In this document: positions 48,865-61,380 of the stretch, in pieces
Layout of the letters: every line of letters begins with the position of its first letter
Numbering within the stretch: position 1 is the stretch's first letter
Assembly: GCA_002633005.1 (NCBI GenBank)
Contig: NMRA01000135.1
Location: 404,183 to 468,182 of the forward strand
DNA: 64,000 nucleotides
Reading direction: 5' to 3'
Origin: Phoronis australis
Taxonomy: Eukaryota > Animalia > Phoronida
Made by a program: the position numbers and the translations under genes
The notes under the pieces: generated by a model
Told to the model about the DNA's origin: nothing
What the model saw: only the letters and a program-made list of their open reading frames with translations
The model's database searches: none

Positions 48865-51800
48865 TTCACTTTGAAGCGACTCTGAACCAATCTTCTACCA
48901 ATTTAAGAGATTGAAGTTATAAGATGAAGACCACATACCATTGTGACTGGTCTCAGTTCGTGCAGTTCGCAAATTGGAAGTGGTTTCTGGGTTTGAGAAG
49001 ATTCAAGTTTGCTATTAGTTGAGGTCATGCTCAGCTTATAAAATGCACTGCTGGATCTGACCAAATTATTGAGCCTGGTCTCCCGCCATAATCAACTTAA
49101 ACCCCTTCTTGTCTAAGTACTAAGATAACTAACAAATTTAAGTCCATTTTTTTTTCTAAAATCAAAAGTTGTTTCTTGAAAGACAAAGGTTCATAGCAGC
49201 TTTAACATCCTGCTTCAAGTAATGGTCACTTATAGAAATCCCGCATTTTGAGAACCAGTTATTTCCACAGAATAATGGGCATCAAACTGGTTCACAAAAT
49301 TTAGGATCCCTCTATGTGACTATTGCATATTTTTACTGAAGTAGTGTACTGGAGATGACTAAGTTGGTGCCTATTTGAAAAATTATTATTACAAGCACCT
49401 ACTTTTCAATCTAACTGATTATTACGTTGTTATTACAGCCAGTGATCATATTATGGACATACCACAAAGTATAGGCCGGGGTTCTTTTCAACAAAAACAT
49501 ACTAGTAAGCTAGGATTCATTTTGAGCAAAATTACTATCTGCAAGGTAAACTAACACAAAACCTTTAGGGTCACAATTTAGAAAAATACATTGCTGTAGG
49601 GTCTATTTTAATTTTGCTTGTTAGGACTGTCTGCTTATAATAGCAATAATGCTCATTCTGCACTCAGGCCTGGTCAGTTTGATTGCAAAATTTGAGCTCC
49701 TCATTCGTTACGCACTCAGTATCAGAAACCCGTAAACAATTATGTGCTCAGCTTATATGGACAAGATAATTGGTTTTTGTTGATATGAATGTATAACAGG
49801 GACATAACTGGTGAAAAAAGGTGATTTTTCATAGATCAGGCTCAGCGCAGAATAGAATCTGGAACCCCCAAGATCATAGTTTAATGCTCTGCTGGCAGAG
49901 CTAAATACCATTCAAAAATGGCAGAGTACTTAATTTAACGTTAAGTCAATGCATACTTGATTTCAGTGATCGTCTGGCAGACACGGGGGAGTGTAGTGAA
50001 AGCACCAAAGCCACGGATTCTGTTGTTGCATGTCTCTGATCAAAGCTAACAACTTCAAGTGGTTTATCTTATCCAACAACAATCCCAAAAATGCATATTT
50101 TTATGGTAAAACAATTTATGATCTCCAAAGTTGTCTCTTTTGCGGGGAACTGTATCAGAAAAGTAACGCTTTTGCAGGGAGTTTGTCAGAATAGGCACCC
50201 ATTTAATTGGAAAATTCATGGAAGAAATTACCTGAACGGCACATCATGCGTACCTAATCTGTGTGAGTAACCATGGAATAAGGAAGAAGCAGAGTACACG
50301 TCACTGTGTGATGCCTATGGCTTCTTTAACATACTGACTTTCGTAACACTTTGTAAACAGACGACATCTAGATTTAAGTGGTACCATAAACTGTCTACAC
50401 TACAGGTATTCATCCTCATTCCATGTCTGACACTTGTTCATTCTTAGTTTAAAGGCCAGTCAAGTAAAATTGGAATATTTTAATGTTAAATTGGTAACTA
50501 AGACAGTGCTCGATTTGAAAGTGGTTTCCTATAATAAAGAAGTAATCGTCAATCACCTCATCTGTAATTTATTTAAATACATTTCTTAACTTAGCTAATT
50601 TTAAAATGTTTTTGAAATGAGTGCAGTGGCTAAAAGTGGTGCTTCATTCATATCAGCAGTAAAAATCTCACCAATTTAGTACACTATATGACGGGCAGGT
50701 GATACTTTACTTTTTCATTTTCTTCATAAATGACAAACGGTTACAGAATTATGCTTTGCCTGCAAGTTCTGTGCCATAGTTACCAAGAACTTGATATATT
50801 TTGAAAATCGTGGACATTCTTTACAATCTTTGAAGCACTTGAAAAATAAAAAGTGCAATTTTGAGTGTTACTTTTTCTGGAATCTGTGAGATTTTACTGT
50901 ACATGTTAACAATAATGTGGTTCGTGCCACATGCCTGCTAATATTCCATTGTACAAAACCAGAGTTAAGTGTACTGTGCATAGTTTTGCTCATTGTAATG
51001 TGGTTCCACTGTATGAGTTTACAAACAGCATGACTGTACTTCATTCGAAAATGAGTACCATGCTAGACTAATGAATTTTATTGTTCAAATAAATGACTCG
51101 AGGCTCGTATGAAACGCAACTTCAAAGCATTAATTTAATGTTTTTTATCCTATTTATTTAGCATCTATTAACCCACGTCCTGTTCAAGAAGCAAACTTCT
51201 ACCGTTACAGTAACAGTTATCAAATTGTGAGTGATTTCTTTGTTTGCAAATAACTGATGCTTTGGTACTGTCATGCATAACATGACATGCTAAGAGCCTG
51301 GTCTCGAGCCATAATGAACTGTCAACACTTTGGAAACCCTGAAATCATCACCACTGAATTTGATGAAAGAAAATTTGAGACCAATTTCATAACAGTAAGT
51401 GGTCTGAATCAAAACATGGTTTTTGTGATGGATGACAGGTTTATAACGTTCACTTGTCAACCAAATTGTGTCCTACATGTACATTGGTGAGATTATACTA
51501 TGGTCAACATCCCTATAATATAGAAATGAGAATAATGAAAAGGTAACTATTGAAAGTAAATTTTGAAAACTTTCCACTTAAAATAATTCATAGTTACATA
51601 GATTATATTAAATTACAATGATGCAAGATTTAACGTTACCAGGACTTTGCTGCCATACCACAGAAAATTTGAACATGATTAAGTGAACAACTAACGCAAG
51701 TGCAGTATAACAGCACTTGGTTTCACTGACAGCCTCAGATTGATACTAACTGTAAAACGCGTGACACTTGGCAAGGTCTTGGGACTCAACTTTAGAACTT

Positions 51801-51941
51801 CATTGCAAAAATAACCACCAGAAATACATGATTTGAAAGACTTGCAGGCTGAAAACTTATGGCCAGTGTAATACGACCTATGTCTCCTCTTTCTGGCCAC
51901 AGCCTTCTCAGTTGCATAATGAAATTGGTCCTCAAGTATGA

Positions 51942-54583
51942 TTAGGAACTTTGAGCTGCTCCAGTTAATGGTTTATGAAGAGTCCACACACATGTCTGTC
52001 CAATACCAGTGACAGACAAAACTCTGAATCCTAGTAACTCTAACTTGTCCAACACAATGCGTGGGGCCTCTTCACATTTGAACTCCTTGCTGAAAAAAAC
52101 ATGAGCATATGATTGAGAATCTGTTAAATTTAAAACCAGCTGGTATGCACAGCCTGAAATAGCTATTGTTAATGATACCTTTTACAGCTATTCTCAACTC
52201 AAATTGTCTGTACTTTTATGGAGCCATTCGTCAACATCTTGCATGTCTGTCTGTCAAAAATTTTGTAATACTTATTAAATAGCTCAAATGACGCTTCTTC
52301 ATAACAATCAAACGTAAGATAACGCAGTGATTAACTTAAGTTTCTCTTCATTCAGCCAATGTTGTGCGAGACTTAACTTAAGTTTCTCTTCATTCAGCCA
52401 ATGTTGTGCGAGACTTACTGCCGGCTCCAAGCATTTGTTATTGTCAATGGCAGCATTGTTAATGGTGGTGTTGGCTACATCACCGTTGTCAGTATTGGCG
52501 TAACAGTCATCGCGATTGCTGCCAGCAACATTGTCGGTTTGTCTGCAATGTCGATGTTGTTCAAGGAAAATTTCATTTCGCCAAATAAAGAGTTGGACTA
52601 CACAGTCACGCACAACAGATCTACTTACTAGTTGTTCCCAACCTGTTGTGTCAGAATTGCTCCTATAGCACTCATCAGTGCTGGATCACTTTGCTCATCT
52701 CCAACTATAGTTGGACCAGCTTCCTGGAGAAGAACCACCACTGATTTTAAGACTGAATTCATCCATAGCAGTGTTAAATTTATAGGGACCAATCCCTTCC
52801 AAGAAAGCTCCCCCTCTCCACCCTCATATCAGAGGAGAATCCCATAATATGAAAGGATATACAACAAGGCCATTCTCAGAGGCAACTAGACCGTGCCAGT
52901 AGAGTCCTATAGGCGCTTCATACGCCAGAAGCTTTTCAGCAAATTATGCCTCCCACTGACTAAAACAGTCACATTGCTATAAGCACCTTTTGCAAAAAAG
53001 AGGGACACCGTAGGAGTATGTGCGCAGTGAAAAAAAAACACGAACAGTTGGAAGGAATTAAAGACATTGACGGCCTCCTAAGGTGTCCCTCTATGTGTAA
53101 AAAGGTACTTATAAAGTGACTTTGATGTTTTAATCAGTGTGAGACATAATTCATCGAAAAGCTTCTGCCATAAGAAGCGCTTATAGGAGTTTCACCATCT
53201 CTACTGAGACCAGTCGAGACGATGGCACTGTCTAAGAGAAAACATGATTTATGAGGCTTTCTGCGATCCCTCATGAAAACATGCTGCATCAGCAGTATTG
53301 TTTATTGAGCTACAAGAACGATGAGAGTAAGAATCCAAATCAAGTGTCGCCTTTTTACACCGTCTCCTAAAGAAAGTTTGTGCATTGCCAAGACAGTGGA
53401 CTTTACTTGTTGACAACATAGAAGCTTTCGGGTATTTTTGAATGCAGTGATGCAACAGAACCGAATCTCGGACTTTGCCTGTTATACTGTGCAATTAATA
53501 CAGTGACTCCAGGAGGTGAGTCCATGTTTAATGCGATGATTTAATTATATCTGATATAGTGATATCCATATAGGGAGCTCCTAAATAATGATATGACCCT
53601 AGTAGCAACTATCCAGCAACTTTATGACCGTATCTCTGTGTGTACCGCTGAGAACCACAGACAATTGTTGGTGTGGTAAAATACGAGATACTGTTAAATC
53701 ATAAGAATAATTACACAATTTACACTAAATATGACAGAGTCTACTCACACCAAATGGCCTGAAAATTTGTGATTGAAAATTTGATCTAAAAACCAGTAAT
53801 CTAATCGGTTTCTTGTTTTTTATAAAAATATCAATTGTCTACCTTGATAACTTTGTTTGCAAAATGTCATCTTTGGCCTATAACACCCGACTGGATGATA
53901 GAACCATTTGAAAGGTCTGAAAGGCATCTTTCTGTGCACCGAAGCTGAAAAGTGTCATCTTTAAACAGATGAGGTAACAGCACAACTCGATCATGGGGTC
54001 CTACAAGTCAGCGTTTTTTCTACTTAGATTGAGTTGAGCTTGCGTACAGACAAGGTAGAGGGGGTTGTGGGTCTAGGGGGTTGTGGGTCTAGGTGGTTGT
54101 GGGTCTAGGGGGTTGTAGGTCAAGGGTCATGGGGTTTTGAGTCCAGGGGTGTAGGGGTCGAGGGGAGGTTTCAAACCAATCCTCTTTAAACTGCATGCAC
54201 TGCAAGGGAAATATAACTTTGAAAATTGTATGATTTTGCACGTCTAATTGAATCCATTGCATACACTATACAACATTGCAGTAATAGTGAATTATATCAA
54301 ACTATATATAATGCAGAGTAGAATGCTGAATAATGTTCAACTGTGTAGCTGTGCCAAAGCTCTTGGTAATGATGGGGGTGGGGACCTGTCTAGTTACCGA
54401 CTAGTCCTTCACGTTCTGTTTCGTTTGGTTGTTGAAACTCTCTAATGAAAAGTCTATCAACCCGGGACTAGATGCACAGACCGTAAAATTGCAGCATAGA
54501 TTACACTTTGTAGAAGAAGTATATTTCGTTGCAATAGTTATACTCACCAAAGTTATTTTTGTGCTTATAATAACGTGAGGCAT
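51942..54583 (-). CDS. GCHFR: GTP cyclohydrolase I feedback regulatory protein (GFRP), 92 aa
   Basis: Exons 54583-54548 (MPHVIISTKITL), 52723-52629 (EAGPTIVGDEQSDPALMSAIGAILTQQVGNN), 52089-51942 (KEFKCEEAPRIVLDKLELLGFRVLSVTGIGQTCVWTLHKPLTGAAQSS*). Matches GFRP motifs GPTxVGDEQSDP and PRIVLDKLExxGFRVLSxTGxGQTxVWxLHK. The ORF track does not show it as a single ORF. Confidence 0.96.
54058..54165. repeat. G-rich 16-bp minisatellite (GGGGGTTGTGGGTCTA)n
   Basis: About 4 near-perfect copies plus a degenerate tail, in GCHFR intron 1. Confidence 0.85.
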
Positions 54584-54909
54584 CCTCACCCACTTCAGCA
54601 ACCGCTATCAAATCCGTGCGCATTTCTGCTGCGCATATCAAGAAAGCAAAGTATAAATATTCCCGTTTTCTTATTTAATGTAAGTATATTTTAGTAGATT
54701 CTTTGTCACATGATTCAATTTATTTAAAAATACGTTATTCGAACGATTAAATTTTTTTCTCCAAGTTTTAAATAAAGAACTCCATTTGAAAAAGTGCATG
54801 ATATGTATTTTACTTGTTTGTAGCGGCTTGAAATTTGACCCCAAACTGGAGCAAAATGGGTTGAAATCAACTGGTTGTTTTCTTGTCCTTGCGTCGGAAA
54901 TAGTTACCT
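54584..54909. promoter_or_regulatory. Bidirectional promoter region GCHFR/RMDN
   Basis: Only 326 bp separate the two divergent ATGs (54583 on -, 54910 on +). Confidence 0.7.
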
Positions 54910-57900
54910 ATGGCCATCGAAAAGCGTGTATCGGTTAACACCTTGATGGCGTTTGGTGCCGGAGTGTGTGTAGGTGCAGGTACCATTGTGATAGTTCGAA
55001 TGCTTACCAAACGAACCTCTCTGAATCCAAATTTATCTGCAGACTTGACAAGTTTAAGAGACTCCATTGACCAACTGAGAGTTGAGATTGCCCAGCTCCG
55101 AGATGAACAACCCGAAGTTGTCCACAACCTGGTGCCTTCCATGTCCAGAAAGGGGTACTATTCTGTCTATCCAAGCAGTGGAGAAGACGATGATGAATTT
55201 GTTGAAGCACCATCTGAGTGAGTATACTTAAATCTTTGCGTACACCTATTTCAATCGGCTTTAGAACAAACCTGTATTAAATTTTAAGCAATTTGGTACC
55301 CAAATAATTAATATAGAAGGGGTTGTTGCGTATGCCATTGCATAGCTCCACTACCGTAAATGCTCCGAACGTTTCAGTGGCAGATCTACGATTTCAGTAA
55401 GGGGGGGGTTTAGGATTCGAAAGAATCCGAGGCGCGTAGCGCCGAGGAGAAGGAAGGTCGCGAGAGGGTTTCCCTCCTCCCGTGTAAGATTTTTTGGGAT
55501 TTTTAGTAGCTAATTTCGTTTTTCTGGCGATATTTTTTCCAGTTTTTATTTTTGATCCTGTCCCGAGGGGGGGGTTTAAACCCCCTGAACCCCCCNTGAT
55601 GGGGTTTGCAACATGACCACTTTTTGATGCATTTGATTACCTGCTGAGTTACCTTTGATTGTGGTCAGACTATAAATGACCCCAATCAAGGACAAGCAGC
55701 AGTCAATTGCACTGAATTACAGATATTGACACACATGTCATGCAGTGACCAGATTGCGTGTCTTGCCAGAATTCTGGCACATCTATGTAGCTAATGCTTT
55801 GTAGTGGTATACACAGTGATGTCTACACTATAGTGATGTTCTAAAAGATCTAAATAAGCTCCCATGATTCAGACCGGCAGTTGGATTCAGGCTTTACAGA
55901 AAGTTGAGTAGGTGCGCATCACGTCGTTGCAGTACAGCCCCACATGAAAAAATTCGATCATTTGGTCATTTCAAATCATTTCCTTAGTACTAATAATTTG
56001 TGAATAAAAATTGAGTTACATAACGTTGTTTATTTGCTTTACTTGCTTTCGGGTGTAAATAATGCACGGTAATAATTTGTTTGTATTAAAGGAGCTGTTA
56101 TTTGGTTGGCATATCTGCTACTAATATGACGCAATTTGAACTCCCAAATAGGAACAGATATACTCAATTACAACATTTCTAAAATTTTGCAGGGCTGAAT
56201 TTTTTAGGTTACCTTGGAGCAATTTTATTTCAATGTCCGTTAACTACCGAAGCCAGTATGAACGGTTCAGTTAACTTAACAGTTTACATCGACACTCCGC
56301 TCAGACCGGAGTTACATCGGTATAGATACTAGCAGACATGCAAATTAAAATCTATGCAAATAGGAAATAAGGGATGAATAAACTAAAATAAACTAAATGT
56401 TGACAATTGATGTATAGATGATATGAAAAACAATTTACACTAGTGCTTTTCCTGTGTATTTTAATTGATAGTCCAGAATTGATGTATAGATGATACGAAA
56501 AACAATTTACACTAGTGCTTTTCCTGTGTATTTTGAGAGTCCAGAAAATTTTCAGGAAGAAAATACACAGGATTGATTCTATAAACGGTCATGTCCCCAA
56601 TGAATGACAGAAAGTTAGTCACACTTCTTGGCATGGACACTGACACAACACAGTCAGTGCAGTACAACCCATACACTAGCAGCAGTGGTTCTGTTTGATA
56701 TACGGTAGATGGCAATCGGAATTTTAACTGTATCAACAAACCACGTGGGCCGTTAATAATTCTATTGGTATTAATTCAGTCAGATTTGATCGAATCAGAA
56801 TCCTATCAAATTCACGTCCCAATGCAAAAATATTTCCTAGTAGAATTTGAGTGAAAAGCATACAGGTTTATTTTCGCCAAAGACATAGAAACGACACTCT
56901 CATATCTATTTGTGTCCACTTACGGATGTCTTTGAGTTTGCCGATCATTTCTGTAACCAGATATCTCTTTTGCAATCTTGGCTCAGGATAAGACATGGCT
57001 TTAAATAACAAAATATTACGTTGATAAAGTATATGTTAGAAAACGTAATTTTTGCTTTTTTCCAAAATATGATGATTAAATCATTAGTAGGGAATAATCT
57101 GGCTGAAAATAGACGTGGAAAATAATTTGCTGTAGTTTTAGTCTCAGATCAACTTGTGATCACGTACTCTCATGCAGATTTTACTTGTCAATTTTCTTCA
57201 AGGACCTATTCGGAGAATTTTGGGAGGCCAGTTTCACCAGATTTAGTTTGTGAAGAGGAAGTGAATATCCTGTTTAGACAACTAGACGATTGCTTTGAAG
57301 AAAGTGATGAAGGAAGAGAAAGAGCCTACTTAATGTGTGAAGAAAATTACTCAAAGGTATAATAACAGCGCTAAATATTAATTAACCTGGTATAGTTGCT
57401 CTAAGTTTAATTGCATGGCCCTAATTAGGCCAAACTGTAATGACATACTTCAGACAAGAATGAAGCAAGTTAGCAATGATGAATCTTCCCACTGAAACAA
57501 TCATTGATCCCCATTTATCACCTTTGTTTTAGGCCAAATTGTGAGTACAAACTTCAAAATCATCACATATGTAAACAAGGACATTGTATTAATTGACGTT
57601 TTGGTACAGGTACAGGTACACGTCAAAATGCATTTTGGTGTGCACCTGTGCAGATTGTTCTCCACCTGCGTTACCTGACTGGAATATTATGAACATTTGT
57701 CGTCAGAATGGTTTAGTGACAATAAACTGAAACATTGATTAACACAGTGTATTACTATGTTTATACATGCGCTGATTTTGAAGTTCATGATCTTCATTTA
57801 TTTCATAGTTTTATCGTTGCGTAATTAGGAATGATTACTCACCGTATATGAAAATCGCAGGCTTTCGTTCAACTTTGAATATAAACCAAAATAATGATTG

Positions 57901-59388
57901 TCAATGATTGCACCACGTGTACTCAAAAACCTTGCCTTCCTTTCCCGAAGTTCAAAAAATTGCCGGGAAGAAAATTTTTGGAATTAAATGAATTTGTCAT
58001 AATTGATAATTTAGAATTTCAACTGATTTACCCAACACTCCAGTCCATTGTCTGGTGATATTGGTTCACATAATGTCCACATTAGAACTCTGTGCTAGTC
58101 TGCAGAAAACAGAGCAGTGAATGATTGGGATTTCAGTTCATTCACTTGGACAAAAGAATTGAAAAAAATCTTAGATCAGCGAGAATAAAACACTTGTGTA
58201 ATGGTCAAGTATTCATGTTTTACCGTACACTCAACCACTATGTTATTTTATGTTTTACATTGTAGCTCAAAGATAATGCAGACTTCTTGTGGCGATATGC
58301 TTACGCAACGTATTTAAAGGCACAAATGACTGGAGCAAATGAAAAGGAAAAGAAGAAAGAACTTTACTTTCAGGCCAAGCTCAGGGCACAAGAAGGGTTG
58401 GCGATAACAGATAACAATGCCAATGTTCATAAGTGGTAAGTTGAAAGTGCGCTAAGTTTTAATATACCTCCTAGACAACTGACAAGGCAGAGGTATTGAC
58501 GTCAAAACTAAATATCCCTAAGTGTTGTTTTGTTCACTTTAAAATTACACTTTGTTCAACAGGATATCATATTTCTTCACTACACTTCTATCATTTTTTT
58601 CAAAATTTATAAGTGAGCTGATAGTCTTTACAAACATATTTATCTCATGCAGTGCTCTTGACTGTGTAATAAATTGTTCATTCTTGAATATGTCAAACTG
58701 CATAAATCTTGGTGTATGTAAGTTATTACGTAGCACTGTTTACGATTACAGGTTTGCTATAGCAGCAGGTGGCACAACGGATTACCTCAGTACTCAGGAA
58801 AAAATTAAAGTTGGATTCCTTTTTAAAGTAAGAATTATTAAGAATTTTTTTGTCCATTGAAAATTTTGTTTTGGTGCTTGGACTATCTGTTGAATTGTGA
58901 AGACATTTAGAAATGTGACGAGATTAGTAACTGTGTGCTAAGTATTAGTAGTTCCTAAGTCAGTCTGCCTGTGGTGCTGACATTTCCATTTTGTCTGATG
59001 ACATTTAAAAAATTTAGACTATCCTGTGCAACAATAGTGGTGATTGTGGCCATGTGCATGATTGGATAAACCTAACTAGATGTATTACATTCTTAAGTTA
59101 AGTGCAATATGTATCTTTGTGGTACATTAAGAGAAAGATAGAAAGTTTTGTATTTCAGTCTCCAGTGCATTGATCTTCAATCTGACTCATGACCACCGAA
59201 ATTTGAGATAATTGTTTCTGACTAAAATACTGACATTTTGTTTTCACACTTACACAAGTGCAAACATGTATGATTGTGTATAATTTACCAACTCTAAAAT
59301 TTTCTTTCAGACACATGTTGAAAAGGCCATTAGTCTGAACCCAAGAGATCCTACACTGTACTACCTACTGGGTCGGTGGTGTCTTGAG
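54910..59388 (+). CDS. RMDN3: Regulator of microtubule dynamics RMDN2/3 (PTPIP51-like), 5' part; remaining exons not found in the window
   Basis: Exons 54910-55217 (N-terminal TM AFGAGVCVGAGTIVIV, coiled coil, acidic FFAT-like DDDEFVEAPSE), 57203-57356, 58266-58435 (DFLWRYAYA...NANVHKW), 58752-58827 (FAIAAG...EKIKVGFLFK), 59311-59388 (HVEKAISLNPRDPTLYYLLGRWC). The RMDN3 label rather than RMDN2 rests on the GCHFR neighbour; this may be a co-ortholog of both. Confidence 0.85.
55375..55596. mobile_element. Short GC-rich MITE (CAGTGGC-A/G-GATC-type), cut at an n
   Basis: CAGTGGCAGATCTACGATTT...GGGGGGGTTTAAACCCCC; similar GGATCCGCCCCTG-type ends at ~4396-4408 and ~14339. Confidence 0.45.
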
Positions 59389-61077
59389 GTGAGTAATATC
59401 ATGTTTTATACAAGATTTAGGGGAGGCAACATGTTCCAGTGAAGAGAGACCTGAATTTTTACAAAATCCAGTTTTTCATTTCAGGTTATAAGTTGTTCTG
59501 CTTTCAGTTACCTTTTACGTAAATGAGTGGTTGTTATGAGGAAGGTACGATGTCGAGACATACATTACTGTCTCGTACTCCTTACAAACTGGCTAACATT
59601 TTCATTAGCTTTTCCCGAAGTGGCAAAAATGCCAGCTAAAATATGAGCAAGTTCCAAGTGTCATTTTTGTTGGTGATTTGCTGGCATTTTTACTCGCACT
59701 TTTGTACTTACTTGGTATGACATCACTAGCTAGTTACTAAATCTGTCAAGCTTAGCTTGATAGGTTACCACTAGCAGTATTTTCAGACAAAAATGCGTGG
59801 CATTGTCTTGTGATGTCAAGCATCAAAAGCAATGCCAAGTGACCATTTCGGCGTCTGACAACCACATTTCGTTTCCTCTGCTTTCTATACTCGTAAATTG
59901 TCTCATAGCTGAACTACACTTGTAGTGGACTTGTGAAATGCCATCACTTCATATGACATGTTGTTTGGTAGTTGTTAGTGAACTGACTTGTGGTCGAGCC
60001 AGTCTCGCAACCTGATGACTGAGCACTTTTCCTGTCAGACCACTTTCTTCAAATGACAGATGTGTGTGGGACAGAAGGCTCTGTTTTTGTGGTGCGTTAA
60101 TCTATTTATTGCAGAGATTGAACAGGCTTTGACATAAATTTTTACTTCAAGAGCGATTTGTTTGATGAGGAAACAAAACTGGTGGCAAAAAATACCCCTT
60201 GGCGAGCAGCATGTCTGTCTGACTAAAACGATAGCATAAAAAACGTTTTCCCCACTCACGCAAACAATAGCCTTCGTAAGTGAAGCTAGGCTCTCTACCA
60301 ATTTACATAGTTTGACTCCAAGTGTGCATGTTTCACGTCTGCTGGACTACAGCGCAGCTAAATATGCAACACCCATTATGACCTTAATCCATAATTCTAG
60401 CTAAGTTTTGTCGAAATCGCTGATGATTTTATGCCTGGCTGATTACTGGCATTCTCCCAGTCTGTCTAAAAGAGTGTAGTACTTAATGTCTAATTAGACA
60501 AGTCATTTTCTTTACATCCATTGCCTAAACCATAACATCTAAACCATCTCATGTCTCAAATATTTCTGTACTACGTTAGTAAAGGATTTCCACTTCCAAA
60601 CAGATCAGTGAACAAGAGTGTCAAAAAACCAAGAGTTTTGACTGATGTGGTCAACCCCTTTCAAATTTGTCAGGGTTCATATCAAGTGCTGGTGATCTCT
60701 CAGTTACTTTTAGTGGTAGAAATCAGGTGCCGTTGTGGCTAGGAAAGTTTTTAGACCTCTTTGCTAGAATCATTTAACCTATTTTATGAATTAATGCTTA
60801 GATGCTTGAGTGGGAAGGAAGTACACTTTTAATCCTGATTAAGTTTGGCAATAACGGTTATTAACATGTTATTATTTCAACTGGCAATTATTTTTTCAAG
60901 TGGCATTCCACATTTTGAGTTTTTCATTAAATCGTGATTCAACGTTAGTCAAAATGCTTATGCAAAACTAGCTGAAACTGGTCAAACTAACTAATGCTAA
61001 ATGATTGAAAGCTTTTTTGCTTCGAACTAACGTCAGTTAGTCAGAATACTCCTTCTCTTTTGTAGATGAACACCATC

Positions 61078-61380
61078 GACTAACGCTATCCATGGGGAAC
61101 GTTAGTCAGGATTCATCACTGCACATTTATGCCATCGACTAACGCTATCCATGGGGAACGTTAGTCGATGGCATGACTGCACAGTGGAAAATTCTGACTA
61201 ACGCTATCCATGGGGAACGTTAGTCAGAATTCACCACTGTACATTCTTGCCATCGACTAACGCTATCCATGGGGAACGTTAGTCAGAATTCTCCACTGTA
61301 CATTCATGCAATCACATAATGCTATCCATGGGGAATGTTTGTCAAAATTCACCACCATGCGATCATGTCATCAACTAACG
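61078..61380. repeat. 59-bp-period array: 30-bp imperfect palindrome plus 29-bp spacer, one spacer inverted
   Basis: GACTAACGCTATCCATGGGGAACGTTAGTC is identical at 61078, 61137, 61196 and 61255, and degenerate at 61314. Confidence 0.9.

Noticed and set aside
49820-49905. tRNA gene on the - strand
   Set aside because: Only degenerate A/B-box-like traces (TAGCTC...AGAGC, GATTCTATTC) with no cloverleaf; at best a decayed tRNA-derived SINE head.
61078-61380. CRISPR array
   Set aside because: The context is eukaryotic and intronic, there are no cas genes, and the spacers are homologous to each other rather than unique.
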